This document shows positions 34,205 to 44,272 of a stretch of DNA of 64,000 nucleotides, piece after piece; within the stretch, counting starts at the first letter, position 1; the number at the start of each line of letters is the position of its first letter. The stretch spans positions 32,001-96,000 of IMG/VR virus record IMGVR_UViG_3300028392_000030; one strand, written 5' to 3'. Source of the stretch: a virus. Below the pieces are notes generated by a model. The model made no database searches, was not told the origin of the DNA, and was given only the letters and a program-made list of their open reading frames with translations. The position numbers and the translations under genes were made by a program.

Positions 34205-34414
34205 ATGGCCTATACCGTTTTCAAGCACAACCAAGAATATGGTCCACGCAAGGGCCTGGAAGGTCCGTTCCACTACCCTAGTGGCGCCGTCTTGTATTAC
34301 GATCCCAAAGCTGGAGAGTATTACGACCCACGCACTGATTTTTATGTGGATCGTGATGATGTTGCTGTTTTGCAACAACAAATCATTGACAGATTGACGC
34401 AGAAGTCTGTTTAA
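34205..34414 (+). CDS. Hypothetical protein
   Basis: GLEGPFHY.SG.VLYYDPKAGEYYDP. Confidence 0.7.
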   Translation: MAYTVFKHNQEYGPRKGLEGPFHYPSGAVLYYDPKAGEYYDPRTDFYVDRDDVAVLQQQIIDRLTQKSV

Positions 34415-34466
34415 TATACAATAGCCATATAGCAATTAATTTTAACCGTAACCTAAGGACACAGCC

Positions 34467-35555
34467 ATGTCAGAAACAAGAACCGTCACTTCAGTGCAAG
34501 CTCGCAAGAGTCTGCTCAAAGCATTTAAAAAACAACGACCCTTATTCCTTTGGGGTCCTCCTGGCATCGGCAAGTCGGAATTGGTAGCCGACATCACTGC
34601 CGAGCTTGGCGGCTATATGATTGACCTGCGTTTGGGTCAGATGGAGCCTACAGACATTCGTGGTATTCCTTTTTACAACAAAGACATGGGCAAGATGGAT
34701 TGGGCTCCTCCAATTGAACTGCCCGATGAAGAACTTGCTGAACAGTATCCGCTGGTGGTGCTGTTCTTGGACGAACTTAATAGTGCCGCACCCAGTGTTC
34801 AAGCCGCGGCTTATCAGTTGATCCTGAATCGACGTATTGGCAAGTATGCACTGCCAAAAAATGTTGTAATGGTTGCCGCAGGCAATCGTGAAAGCGACAA
34901 AGGTGTTACTTATCGTATGCCAACTCCGCTGGCAAATCGTTTCATCCACCAAGAGATGAAAGTGGATTTTGCCAGTTACCAAGAGTGGGCAGTGAACAAC
35001 AATATCCACAAGGACGTGGTGGGTTACTTGAGTTTTGCCAAACAGGACCTGTACGACTTTGACGCCAAGAGTGCAAGCCGTGCATTTGCCACCCCACGCT
35101 CGTGGACCTTTGTGAGTGAATTGCTTGAAGACGAAGACAGCGACGACGACACCTTGATGAACTTGGTTGCTGGTACTATCGGTGAGGGCCTTGCTGTGAA
35201 GTTTATGGCACATCGTAAGATTGCCGGACGTATGCCCAAGCCCGAAGATATCTTGGCTGGCAAAGAAAAAGAACTCAATGTCAAAGAAGTGTCAGCCATG
35301 TATAGTTTAGTGATCTCCATGTGCTACGAGCTCAAAGGTGCTATTGAGCGCAAGACATCCGATAAACAGTTCCATGAAATGGCCGATAACTTCTTTGCTT
35401 ACATGATGAAGAACTTTGAAACTGAGTTGGTTGTTATGGGTGCTAGAATTGCACTTACCACATACAACCTACCGTTCCAGCCAACCAAGCTGAAGAACTT
35501 TGACGAGTTCCATCAGCGTTATGGCAAGTATATTTTACAGGCCAGCGACAAGTAA
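34467..35555 (+). CDS. MoxR-like AAA+ ATPase
   Basis: WGPPGIGKS, LFLDELN, AAGNR, LANRF, TPRSW. Confidence 0.9.
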   Translation: MSETRTVTSVQARKSLLKAFKKQRPLFLWGPPGIGKSELVADITAELGGYMIDLRLGQMEPTDIRGIPFYNKDMGKMDWAPPIELPDEELAEQYPLVVLFLDELNSAAPSVQAAAYQLILNRRIGKYALPKNVVMVAAGNRESDKGVTYRMPTPLANRFIHQEMKVDFASYQEWAVNNNIHKDVVGYLSFAKQDLYDFDAKSASRAFATPRSWTFVSELLEDEDSDDDTLMNLVAGTIGEGLAVKFMAHRKIAGRMPKPEDILAGKEKELNVKEVSAMYSLVISMCYELKGAIERKTSDKQFHEMADNFFAYMMKNFETELVVMGARIALTTYNLPFQPTKLKNFDEFHQRYGKYILQASDK

Positions 35556-35564
35556 AATGGTTTA

Positions 35565-35612
35565 AAGAGGGTGGTGTTTTAATAACACGGGCTGTGTTCT
35601 CACCGCCCTCTT
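35565..35612. terminator. Long hairpin after the ATPase gene
   Basis: AAGAGGGTGGTG/CACCGCCCTCTT with inner AACAC/GTGTT. Confidence 0.45.
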
Positions 35613-35629
35613 ATCTTTTAAAATTCATC

Positions 35630-36313
35630 ATGATAGATAAATTTCAATCTCAATGCATTATTGTATATTATCCCAATGGCGCCGGCGGAAAATTTATTAT
35701 CAATAGTTTAGGGTTGAGCCAATATTGTGTGCCACATCATCCACAATTGGCTGTCTGGGATATGCAACAGACAATATTTAACGATACATATTATCAAAAA
35801 AAACTCGATCAGATTTTAAAGACTATTCCACCAATACATGATTTAAATAAGTGGCAAAAATACGAATTAGGTGTTGGTAATGAATGGGGTCCGTACGGTG
35901 CACAGACCGTGAATATGTCCTCGGCATTAATTGACATAGTTAATGCTAATAGACATTTTTGTTTAATTGTTCATAGCCCTGAAGAATTAAAACAAGCCAC
36001 AATGCAACATCCCAATCTTAATGTAATTAAATTAACAAACTACAGCCAATGGTTGGCAAGATCAAGTTTTAAAATGCTAGGTTTAGCAAACGATCTTGAT
36101 AATAAAGTAAATTATTGGAGTTTTATTGATCAACAGGAATTGAAAAATCCACAAATACCATATATACTAATAGATATAGATTCGACGATTGACGACCATA
36201 ATGCTATGCGAAATCAAATTGAAAATTTATATGATAGATTAAAATTTAATGATTTTAATAGTGGCCTTTGGGATCAATATTATCAAAAATATATTTCTGT
36301 TCATCCAAAATGA
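35630..36313 (+). CDS. Hypothetical protein, sulfotransferase/P-loop-like N-terminus
   Basis: IIVYYPNGAGGKFIINSL; AT-rich. Confidence 0.6.
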   Translation: MIDKFQSQCIIVYYPNGAGGKFIINSLGLSQYCVPHHPQLAVWDMQQTIFNDTYYQKKLDQILKTIPPIHDLNKWQKYELGVGNEWGPYGAQTVNMSSALIDIVNANRHFCLIVHSPEELKQATMQHPNLNVIKLTNYSQWLARSSFKMLGLANDLDNKVNYWSFIDQQELKNPQIPYILIDIDSTIDDHNAMRNQIENLYDRLKFNDFNSGLWDQYYQKYISVHPK

Positions 36314-36564
36314 AATATACAGTTGAAGATACTGTTCCTAATGCACATTTTAAATATATAATTGACGTGGCACAAGTGTTAGAATTTCACAATGCCCGTA
36401 AATGGATGAGTGAAACGTATGGCTACAGTGAAGATCTAAAAAAGGACCGACCCGATACCAATCCAAATTGGGCATTTACTATCAATTGGCGCAATCATAA
36501 AATCTATCTTCGAGGCGATGAAGAATTATCGTGGTTTAAAATACGTTACGGTGATCCACTATAA
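36310..36564 (+). CDS. Small hypothetical protein (C-terminal F.L[KR]W-like family)
   Basis: IYLRGDEELSWFKIRY. Confidence 0.65.
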   Translation: MKYTVEDTVPNAHFKYIIDVAQVLEFHNARKWMSETYGYSEDLKKDRPDTNPNWAFTINWRNHKIYLRGDEELSWFKIRYGDPL

Positions 36565-36576
36565 GTATAATGATCT

Positions 36577-38094
36577 ATGTTTAATAAAAAAATCCTATGC
36601 ATCGGCAATGAGACCGAACTGACAGATCAGTTGACCGGCACACTTGCTGCCAAAGACGCCACAACCAACTATGGACTGATATCCGCTGACAATTTTTCTC
36701 CTATCAAAGTTGGTTACTATCACACCAGTATAGTTGATATACCCATTGGTAGCATTGTTTTAAATTTGGCGCCAAAATTTGATCAAATTGTAATGCTAGA
36801 TCAAGGTATAGATTCTTATCCGCATTGGAAAAGTTTTGTAAACACTTTCAGGCTTATGTTAGAGCTAGAAGAAAAAGGATACAATACTGTATTCAGAAAT
36901 AATGCCAATAATAAAGACATTCTTTACTGGCATAACACGCTGAGAAATAACAAGGCGCTATGTGTGTTGCCGTTTATAAATTTAATAAACGATTACGGCT
37001 CAGCAGTCATGTGCATGAAATGTCCAGATCCTATTACTCAAATTGATCAAATTGATGATTGGTCAACCGATCCAGCCTTTGCTCCTATTAGAAATAACAT
37101 GCTGGCCGGAATTCAAATGCCTAATAAATGCAATATCTGCTACGAGAGAGAACAACACCATGGAGAAAGTGCCAGACAATTTGAGTCTTTAGAATGGGCC
37201 ATGGATCTCAGACTAACTAACGAGGACGATTTAAAAAATATAAAATATCCCGTTAGTTACGAAATACGTCCCAGTAATAAGTGCAATATCATGTGTCGCA
37301 TGTGTGACGATAAACACAGTCATTTGATTGAAGAAGAAAATATACGTCTCGGTATTCCTGTAGTAACTGACACTTGGAAATTTCAAGAGTTTCCATATGA
37401 TAAGATTGATTTTGACACTGCCAAAAGAATATATTGGGCCGGTGGCGAGCCTACTATTTTTCCTGAATTTTATGCGTTTCTACGACGTTGTATCAAACAA
37501 AATCAAACCGACTTTGATTTGAACATTGGAACTAATGCACAAAAAATCAGCAACACTTTGTTGGATCTGTTGAAAGAATTTCCTCGAGTAACTTTTAGTG
37601 TTAGTTTTGATGGCTACAAAAAAGTCAATGACTACATTCGATGGGGTAGTAACTTTGATACTATGAGAGACAATTGTTTCCGCATATTAGATCAAGGACA
37701 TGTATTGGCATTTCAAACGGTAATTAGTATGTGGAATGCTACCCGTGTTCATGAGATCTATGAATTTTATGATAGAGATTTTCCAGGGTGTAATACCCTA
37801 GTTCAACCAGCCGGTGATATCACCTCGCTGTTGGGGCCTTGGCATAACCCATTGCGTGAACAGGTAGTGGAATCAATGTATCGTTGCCAAGAAACTAAAG
37901 TTTATTACAATGTTGGAAGAAATACCAATCATATTATAAATGAAATTATTGATCGATTTAAAAATTACAATTATGATCCTAACATCTTAATTGAATTTTT
38001 TCGATATAACGATCGTTTAGATCAAGCTCGTAACAGTCAATTAGTTGATTACATTCCAGAACTAGAACAAGCAAGGCTATTGGTACTCCAATGA
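36577..38094 (+). CDS. Radical SAM protein with an N-terminal extension
   Basis: NKCNIMCRMC, AGGEPT, TNAQ, SFDGY..VNDYIRWGS. Confidence 0.85.
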   Translation: MFNKKILCIGNETELTDQLTGTLAAKDATTNYGLISADNFSPIKVGYYHTSIVDIPIGSIVLNLAPKFDQIVMLDQGIDSYPHWKSFVNTFRLMLELEEKGYNTVFRNNANNKDILYWHNTLRNNKALCVLPFINLINDYGSAVMCMKCPDPITQIDQIDDWSTDPAFAPIRNNMLAGIQMPNKCNICYEREQHHGESARQFESLEWAMDLRLTNEDDLKNIKYPVSYEIRPSNKCNIMCRMCDDKHSHLIEEENIRLGIPVVTDTWKFQEFPYDKIDFDTAKRIYWAGGEPTIFPEFYAFLRRCIKQNQTDFDLNIGTNAQKISNTLLDLLKEFPRVTFSVSFDGYKKVNDYIRWGSNFDTMRDNCFRILDQGHVLAFQTVISMWNATRVHEIYEFYDRDFPGCNTLVQPAGDITSLLGPWHNPLREQVVESMYRCQETKVYYNVGRNTNHIINEIIDRFKNYNYDPNILIEFFRYNDRLDQARNSQLVDYIPELEQARLLVLQ

Positions 38095-38282
38095 AAGTGG
38101 CTAGTGTTATGGCACCCATAGTAAATTCTGATCCGATATCAGGACATAGATATCAAGGGTGGACTCCTTGTATTGAATGGTGTGATACCAACTGCGAAGG
38201 ACCGTGGTTGTTTGTCTCAGAAGGTGTGTTTGAATTCGAGTGGGACTCTGATTATATCATATTTATGTTGAGATGGGTCTAA
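38091..38282 (+). CDS. Small hypothetical protein (same C-terminal family)
   Basis: FEFEWDSDYIIFMLRW. Confidence 0.65.
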   Translation: MKVASVMAPIVNSDPISGHRYQGWTPCIEWCDTNCEGPWLFVSEGVFEFEWDSDYIIFMLRWV

Positions 38283-38285
38283 ACA

Positions 38286-39422
38286 TCAGCAGTTAAAAAG
38301 ATAATCAAGTGTGTTGCTATACTGTTTTTCAAATTCAATTTGGCTAAACAATGGTAAATTTTTAGTGCGTATTCTTGTTCCATCACGTAACAACATTATA
38401 TAATTAGAAGATTTTAAAGCTGAGTATTTGGATGCATACCAGGCCAACTGCTGACTCCCTACCTTTTGTTTGTGTATTTGGTAATTTGAATCTTTGTCAT
38501 AACTGTAAATGAAGTCTTTGAGAAACTGTTTATAGGTGTTGTAGTTCTTGGATTTGATTATTGTATCCATGCGGTAGTAGGTGTAGGTTTCAAATTCTTC
38601 TGTGTCAAAAAATCCCACTGCCAATGGTTGATTATCATTCAACACTTTGGCATGACCTGGTGGGTATTTTTGTATTTTACACATGACATAAAACCACCAG
38701 CGGGCCTGTATCACTGTGTCAATAGGCAGTTGGCTAGTAGAAAAATACTGCTCGCAATAGTTGACAAAGTTCAAATTGTTTGTTTTTTTATAAAACAAAT
38801 CTTTCCAAGAATCGTGCAATCCTTTGAAGCCTACTTCATCAAAAAAACTCTGATCTAAACTGGCAGTTATATCATCTGCAACGTCAGCACTGACAAATAG
38901 GCCATCAAATGTTTGATTCATATACACGTCACCACCAAACTCAACCATTTCAATTTGAGAAATCTGCAATAAATCTAAAAAGAATCTAGGGTGTTCTTTC
39001 ACACTGTGGGAACTGTATATTATGCGTATCTGGTCTAAATTTTTACAATATTTCAAAAATCCCACAACCATTGCAGTTGAGTCTATTCCACCGCTCCATA
39101 ACAAATTTAATTTTTTATTATAAGTTGTTAAATCTGTTACACGTAGTTGAAAACATTCATCAAGCTCTACAGACTTGGATTTAGTAGACCATGGCCGATC
39201 AATGTGGAAATTAAACGGCATAGGTACCCGGCAGGTTCGGTCAATTATGTCACCACTGGGTCTAGTGGAAAAACACGAATTCATTTCGACCAAATAGTTG
39301 TATTCGTCAAAACCAGAAATTTTGTATTGATGTTCACCCACTGTGGTAAAGTTGATACCTCGATAGGTCAACAATGGTTTAAAAAATCCAGTCTGAGTTT
39401 GATACAGTAATGATTGACTCAT
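38286..39422 (-). CDS. PP-loop ATPase / asparagine synthase-like protein
   Basis: LLWSGGIDST; YKQFLKDFIYSY. Confidence 0.65.
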   Translation of the reverse strand: MSQSLLYQTQTGFFKPLLTYRGINFTTVGEHQYKISGFDEYNYLVEMNSCFSTRPSGDIIDRTCRVPMPFNFHIDRPWSTKSKSVELDECFQLRVTDLTTYNKKLNLLWSGGIDSTAMVVGFLKYCKNLDQIRIIYSSHSVKEHPRFFLDLLQISQIEMVEFGGDVYMNQTFDGLFVSADVADDITASLDQSFFDEVGFKGLHDSWKDLFYKKTNNLNFVNYCEQYFSTSQLPIDTVIQARWWFYVMCKIQKYPPGHAKVLNDNQPLAVGFFDTEEFETYTYYRMDTIIKSKNYNTYKQFLKDFIYSYDKDSNYQIHKQKVGSQQLAWYASKYSALKSSNYIMLLRDGTRIRTKNLPLFSQIEFEKQYSNTLDYLFNC

Positions 39423-39688
39423 GCTGATGTGTTGGTTATGGCAAGAATTTCGTTTGTGATGTTGGCCAATGCATAATCAAAATCAGAAGTAGTATCGGAT
39501 TCAAAATTATCAATTTTGGCAATCAAATCCTGTTCGTATTGACTCAACTGGGTAATCATTCGAATCCTTCGTGCATATCGAACTGGGTCTGCAGTATAGG
39601 CAACTAAATCTTGTAACAGCTCTGTTCGTTTTTCACTAGCTAATGTCAGACTTTGATAAATTAATCGAGTCTTGTAAAAATTGTTCAT
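39419..39688 (-). CDS. Hypothetical protein
   Basis: ORF track; TAAATA upstream on the minus strand. Confidence 0.6.
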   Translation of the reverse strand: MNNFYKTRLIYQSLTLASEKRTELLQDLVAYTADPVRYARRIRMITQLSQYEQDLIAKIDNFESDTTSDFDYALANITNEILAITNTSA

Positions 39689-39746
39689 GCAACTATTTAT
39701 AGACCAGTGCTGTTGACTTGTTAAAAGTAGAATGCTATAATACGAT

Positions 39747-40748
39747 ATGACTTATTCAGTGTATCAACATTGGGATACTCTCAAAACTTGTGTAGTTGGG
39801 CGAAGCTATCCAGCCGAATTTTACAGTTTTATAAAAAATTCCAAAGCTCGTTCGGTAATGGAACGTATTGCCATAGAAACCGAAGAAGACTATCAACGAC
39901 TAGTCAACTTGTTGCAGGGTTTTGGTGTGGATACCTTCCGAATTTCGTTTGATGGTGATATCGAATCTTACCGCACAGGCGATAGGTATTTGCCTCCGCC
40001 TATGTGTCCTAGAGATTACATGAGTATGGTCGGTGATACATTTTATTTTGAGGAATCTCATTTCCGTCACGAGTATAGACACATACTGGATTGGATAAAA
40101 TTACAAGGCAATTCTATAGTATACAATCAAGGTATCAACGGTGCAGCAACTACCCGTATCGGACAGGACTTGTATTTTGGCACTACTCTTGGTACCACAG
40201 TAGTTAATCATGGCCAATATGCCAAACAGTTTCCAACCTATCGTACTCATGTGATTGACACACAAGGTCATAGCGATGCTACATTCTGTCCGGTTAAGCC
40301 TGGCTTGATTGTGAGCCTATATGATGTGCCCACCTATGCTGACACATTCCCAGACTGGGAGGTTGTGTATTTGCCAGGACAAAGTTGGTCGGCTATTCCT
40401 GAATTCCAAAAATTAAAACAACGGAATCAAGGACGGTGGTGGGTACCAGGTGAAGAGCTCAATGATGACTTTACTGACTATGTGGAAAGTTGGATGAATC
40501 ATTGGGTTGGCTATGTAGAAGAAACTGTGTTCGATGTAAATATGTTAGTGATTGATGAGAAAAATGTTGTGTGTAACAACTATAACCAACAGGTATTTGC
40601 GGCATTTGAACGGCACGGTATTACTCCACACGTGATAAACTTTAGACATAGATACTTTTGGGATGGTGGTTTGCATTGCATTACTTCTGACATTGACCGA
40701 GCCGGCATTTTAAAAGATTATTTTCCAAATAGAAATCTGCATGAGTAA
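39747..40748 (+). CDS. Amidinotransferase 1 (glycine/inosamine-phosphate amidinotransferase family)
   Basis: PMCPRD, GHSDATF, FDVNMLVID, RHRYFWDGGLHCIT. Confidence 0.85.
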   Translation: MTYSVYQHWDTLKTCVVGRSYPAEFYSFIKNSKARSVMERIAIETEEDYQRLVNLLQGFGVDTFRISFDGDIESYRTGDRYLPPPMCPRDYMSMVGDTFYFEESHFRHEYRHILDWIKLQGNSIVYNQGINGAATTRIGQDLYFGTTLGTTVVNHGQYAKQFPTYRTHVIDTQGHSDATFCPVKPGLIVSLYDVPTYADTFPDWEVVYLPGQSWSAIPEFQKLKQRNQGRWWVPGEELNDDFTDYVESWMNHWVGYVEETVFDVNMLVIDEKNVVCNNYNQQVFAAFERHGITPHVINFRHRYFWDGGLHCITSDIDRAGILKDYFPNRNLHE

Positions 40749-41016
40749 AGACGAATACTACCGTGACCCCGCAGCTCGATTGGACACTATTATTGGAGGC
40801 GACACTCAACACTTCCTCAGACTACAACGAGTCAAGGATGAATACGATGAACTGGCGCATGCCGTACCCATTGGTCAAGGATTCCTGACCTTCTATGATT
40901 ATGTAAAAGAATACTACGGCATCAAATTGACCATGGACGGCGATAATATCAATTTGGATTATGCTGTCGTAGATGAAAAGAAGTATACCGTGTTTGTGCT
41001 AAAATTCAGTCGGTAA
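40741..41016 (+). CDS. Small hypothetical protein (same C-terminal family)
   Basis: VVDEKKYTVFVLKF. Confidence 0.65.
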   Translation: MSKDEYYRDPAARLDTIIGGDTQHFLRLQRVKDEYDELAHAVPIGQGFLTFYDYVKEYYGIKLTMDGDNINLDYAVVDEKKYTVFVLKFSR

Positions 41017-41315
41017 TGAAAACCACAGTTAAAAAAAACTTGATCATATTCCATAGGCCCAGCGAGTGGGCTGAGTTGGCTGAACGTCTCAGGACCGAGT
41101 ATGGCCCAAGTGTGATGATTTCATTTACGTGCAAACGAAAACTGGGATTTACAGTGCGTCATCACAAAGGTTTGGTGCCACACGATGCGGTACAATGGGT
41201 ACAGCTAAAGGAAGAAGGATGGACACATCGTTACCATTATGAAGATCAAGTGCATCTGGATTTTTATAACGAAGCCCAACAGACTTGGTTTGTGCTAAAA
41301 TACTTGAATCTTTAG
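41016..41315 (+). CDS. Small hypothetical protein (same C-terminal family)
   Basis: LDFYNEAQQTWFVLKY. Confidence 0.65.
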   Translation: MKTTVKKNLIIFHRPSEWAELAERLRTEYGPSVMISFTCKRKLGFTVRHHKGLVPHDAVQWVQLKEEGWTHRYHYEDQVHLDFYNEAQQTWFVLKYLNL

Positions 41316-41316
41316 C

Positions 41317-41832
41317 GGTTGACCAGAAAATGTCTTTGTTGTATAATATAGACTTAAACACTAAGGAATCTGATGCAGTATCAAATTGAATGTCGTAGTA
41401 AAGCTCGTCAAGTTCTCATTGATTCACTGGTGCGAGTATTAATACCCGAACTCCGACTCACTCGCAGTCGTTTTAATCTATTGATCCGGACCGATCGCGG
41501 CTTGGCCCGACGTGATGGCATGCGTGGTGTTGTTGGACCAGATCCAGACAATCCAATGAGTATCATAATGCTGTTGGATTCTGCATTGGCTAGCGAGTCA
41601 TTGATTGACACGTTATGTCATGAGATGGTACATGTCAAGCAATTTGCCCTGGGCCAAGCACAGGTTAAATACCGTGGCGAAAAACCCACATTCTATTGGC
41701 TGGGGCGCAGAGTCCGAGCAGATTATTGGGACCAACCTTGGGAGCAAGAAGCATGGCGCAGAGAACGAGTGCTGGCCAGCAGAATTTACAAGATTCTTGC
41801 TGGTTGACCGGAAAAGGCCTTTGTTGTATAAT
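41317..41832 (+). repeat. Related promoters (41319-41347, 41804-41832) flanking one gene
   Basis: GGTTGACC.GAAAA.G.CTTTGTTGTATAAT twice. Confidence 0.8.
41373..41807 (+). CDS. Zincin-like metallopeptidase
   Basis: LCHEMVHVKQ; PWEQEA. Confidence 0.75.
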   Translation: MQYQIECRSKARQVLIDSLVRVLIPELRLTRSRFNLLIRTDRGLARRDGMRGVVGPDPDNPMSIIMLLDSALASESLIDTLCHEMVHVKQFALGQAQVKYRGEKPTFYWLGRRVRADYWDQPWEQEAWRRERVLASRIYKILAG

Positions 41833-41860
41833 TGTAGTATAAGTTAATAAAAGGATCACG

Positions 41861-43150
41861 ATGAGCACAGCCACTACAGCAAATAAAAAAGAATCCGACA
41901 AGTTTAAAAACCTGTTGGGTGCAACAGATCCTAAACTGGATCGCGAAGTGCGCGAAATACTGATAACTGCTCGTGTGGGCCTGTTGCTCCGTGCCAGCTT
42001 TTTTGGTAACTTGGCCACCCGTCTTAAATTAGTAAACGCCGACGAATGGTGTCCTACTGCCGCAACAGACGGTCGCAATTTCTATTACAATACCCGTTTT
42101 ATTAAAATGCTCAAGCCCAAAGAGGTTGAGTTCTTGTTTGGACACGAGGTTTTGCATTGTGTTTACGATCACTTTGGACGCAGAGGCGATAGAGACCCGC
42201 AACTGTTCAACATTGCCAATGACTATTGTGTTAACGCAGACTTGAAAAAACACCGTGTTGGCGAGTTTATTACTTCGGTTCCATGCTTGTACGATCCCAA
42301 GTATCAAGACATGAGTTCGGAAGAGATCTACGACATCTTGTATGAGAACGCAGAAAAGATCGACATTGGCAGTTTGATTGACAAAATGCTGGATGAGCAC
42401 TTGGATGGTGAAGGTGATGGTGAAGGGTCTGGCAAAGACGGTGACAAAGAAGGCAACGGCAATGGCCGTCCTAAATACAGTGCAGAAGAAAAACAAAAAA
42501 TCCGTGACGAGATCAAAGAAGCGGTATTAGCGGCCGCGGCTGCAAGTGATGGTGCAGGTAACTTGCCCGCTGGTGTCAAACGCATTATCCAGGACATGAC
42601 TGCACCTAAAATGAATTGGCGTGAGCTTATTCGTATGCAATTAGAGAGCACTATCAAAAGTGACTACACCTGGTTACGAAGCAGTCGTCGAGGCTGGCAC
42701 ATGGATGCTGTTATGCCCGGCATGAAACTGGATCCTATGATTGATATTGCCATCAGTATCGATGCGTCAGGTTCAATGGGCGAGGACATCCTGAAAGATG
42801 TGTTGGGCGAGGTAGCAGGTATTATGGAACAGTTCCCTAACTATCGTATCCATGTGGTATCGTTCGATACTGAAGTGTATAACCCACAACAATTTGACAG
42901 TGAAAACTTAGACGACATTACTGAGTATGAAGTAATGGGCGGCGGTGGCACTGACTTTGATTGTGTGTTTAACTATTTCAAAGCCAACGAAATCGAACCC
43001 AAGCGTCATATTATGTTTACAGATGGATACCCATGTGGTTCGTGGGGTGATGAGCAGTATTGCGATACAGTTTTTATCATGCACGGTACCACAACAATTG
43101 TTCCACCATTTGGTCAGTTTGCTTATTATGAAGAAGAAAAGAGCCACTAA
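41861..43150 (+). CDS. Metallopeptidase-VWA domain protein (MoxR partner type)
   Basis: TAATDG, HEVLH, IDASGSM MIDAS motif, GGGGTDF, FTDGY. Confidence 0.88.
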   Translation: MSTATTANKKESDKFKNLLGATDPKLDREVREILITARVGLLLRASFFGNLATRLKLVNADEWCPTAATDGRNFYYNTRFIKMLKPKEVEFLFGHEVLHCVYDHFGRRGDRDPQLFNIANDYCVNADLKKHRVGEFITSVPCLYDPKYQDMSSEEIYDILYENAEKIDIGSLIDKMLDEHLDGEGDGEGSGKDGDKEGNGNGRPKYSAEEKQKIRDEIKEAVLAAAAASDGAGNLPAGVKRIIQDMTAPKMNWRELIRMQLESTIKSDYTWLRSSRRGWHMDAVMPGMKLDPMIDIAISIDASGSMGEDILKDVLGEVAGIMEQFPNYRIHVVSFDTEVYNPQQFDSENLDDITEYEVMGGGGTDFDCVFNYFKANEIEPKRHIMFTDGYPCGSWGDEQYCDTVFIMHGTTTIVPPFGQFAYYEEEKSH

Positions 43151-43326
43151 TGCAACAAGAAGTAAACAGTTTCGATCGTATGCTTGTGGTACACGATTTG
43201 ATTAGACAAGGTATTGAAAACTACAGCATACAACCTGGGAACAATTGTGTTTGGGTCACGTATGGTCGTGTCAATTGCTACTATATCATCCGCGAAGGAC
43301 GTATAGTAGAAGTGCAGTTTGACTAA
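43150..43326 (+). CDS. Small hypothetical protein
   Basis: Hand translation MQQEVNSFDRML...EVQFD. Confidence 0.5.
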   Translation: MQQEVNSFDRMLVVHDLIRQGIENYSIQPGNNCVWVTYGRVNCYYIIREGRIVEVQFD

Positions 43327-43336
43327 GGAAATTAAA

Positions 43337-43978
43337 ATGACCTGTAAAACTCATCCAGACGCACCACATGGGTTTATGAGAGATGCTTCTCATTCAGCCG
43401 GAGAATATGTGTGCGAGTGTGCATTTTGGGAAGAACCTGTAGATGAAAGCAAATATATGATTACCGTAAAAGAATTTTTTGAAACATTTGGGCACCGCAT
43501 TACCGAAGGCAGCAATTACGGCTGGACCTGTTATGGCCCTGACAGTTACTCATTGAGCTACTGGAATGGCATTCACGGCGCGGGTGGTTTTGCTGGCAGC
43601 GTGGTATTTGATACTCATACACAAACTGTGTATGAGGCGGAAGTGTGCGATTACACCCGTGATCGTGCTTATCGTTTGATCAATCCTGCGTATCTTGAGG
43701 CGCATCGCAAAGAAGCCAAACAACTCAATGTCAACATGAGTCAAGCATGGGACGATGTGAACTTTGTTGATCTAGATGTCAAAGAAGATTGGTTGGAAAA
43801 GGCCCAGGCCATTGTGGCTGGCAAAGATTACGATGATCGTGTTCAGATGCCGTTGGATCTGGACAATGAGTTGCTGTTTGATTTGATGAAACGAGCACAC
43901 GAACAGGACATCACGCTGAATCAAATGATTGAACAGGTTCTTAGAGCCGCAATTGAACAGCATGAGAAAAATGGTTGA
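43337..43978 (+). CDS. Hypothetical phage protein
   Basis: ORF track; AAGGA SD. Confidence 0.75.
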   Translation: MTCKTHPDAPHGFMRDASHSAGEYVCECAFWEEPVDESKYMITVKEFFETFGHRITEGSNYGWTCYGPDSYSLSYWNGIHGAGGFAGSVVFDTHTQTVYEAEVCDYTRDRAYRLINPAYLEAHRKEAKQLNVNMSQAWDDVNFVDLDVKEDWLEKAQAIVAGKDYDDRVQMPLDLDNELLFDLMKRAHEQDITLNQMIEQVLRAAIEQHEKNG

Positions 43979-44086
43979 GTGGTTGGTGATTGTTGGTATG
44001 TTCGTGGCACTGTATATCAACTGGACTGACTTTCCTCGACAGCGACAAATCGTAAGAGGACCGCTGATTAAAATTGAGATTGAAAA

Positions 44087-44272
44087 ATGATCAAAGGCTT
44101 TGAACATGTCGGAACAGATCATCGGTGCAATGTATGTGCTTGTGACTTCACCGAAGACGAAGGTGGAGTCGTAGGTTACTTTGGTATTCTGCCTGTGGCT
44201 TTTTGTCCTACATGTTATAGCAGCATGGTGGATATGGTCTCGCAAGATTTAGACATTGGAGTTAAAGAATGA
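44087..44272 (+). CDS. Small Cys-rich (Zn-finger-like) protein
   Basis: CNVC...CPTC. Confidence 0.6.
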   Translation: MIKGFEHVGTDHRCNVCACDFTEDEGGVVGYFGILPVAFCPTCYSSMVDMVSQDLDIGVKE

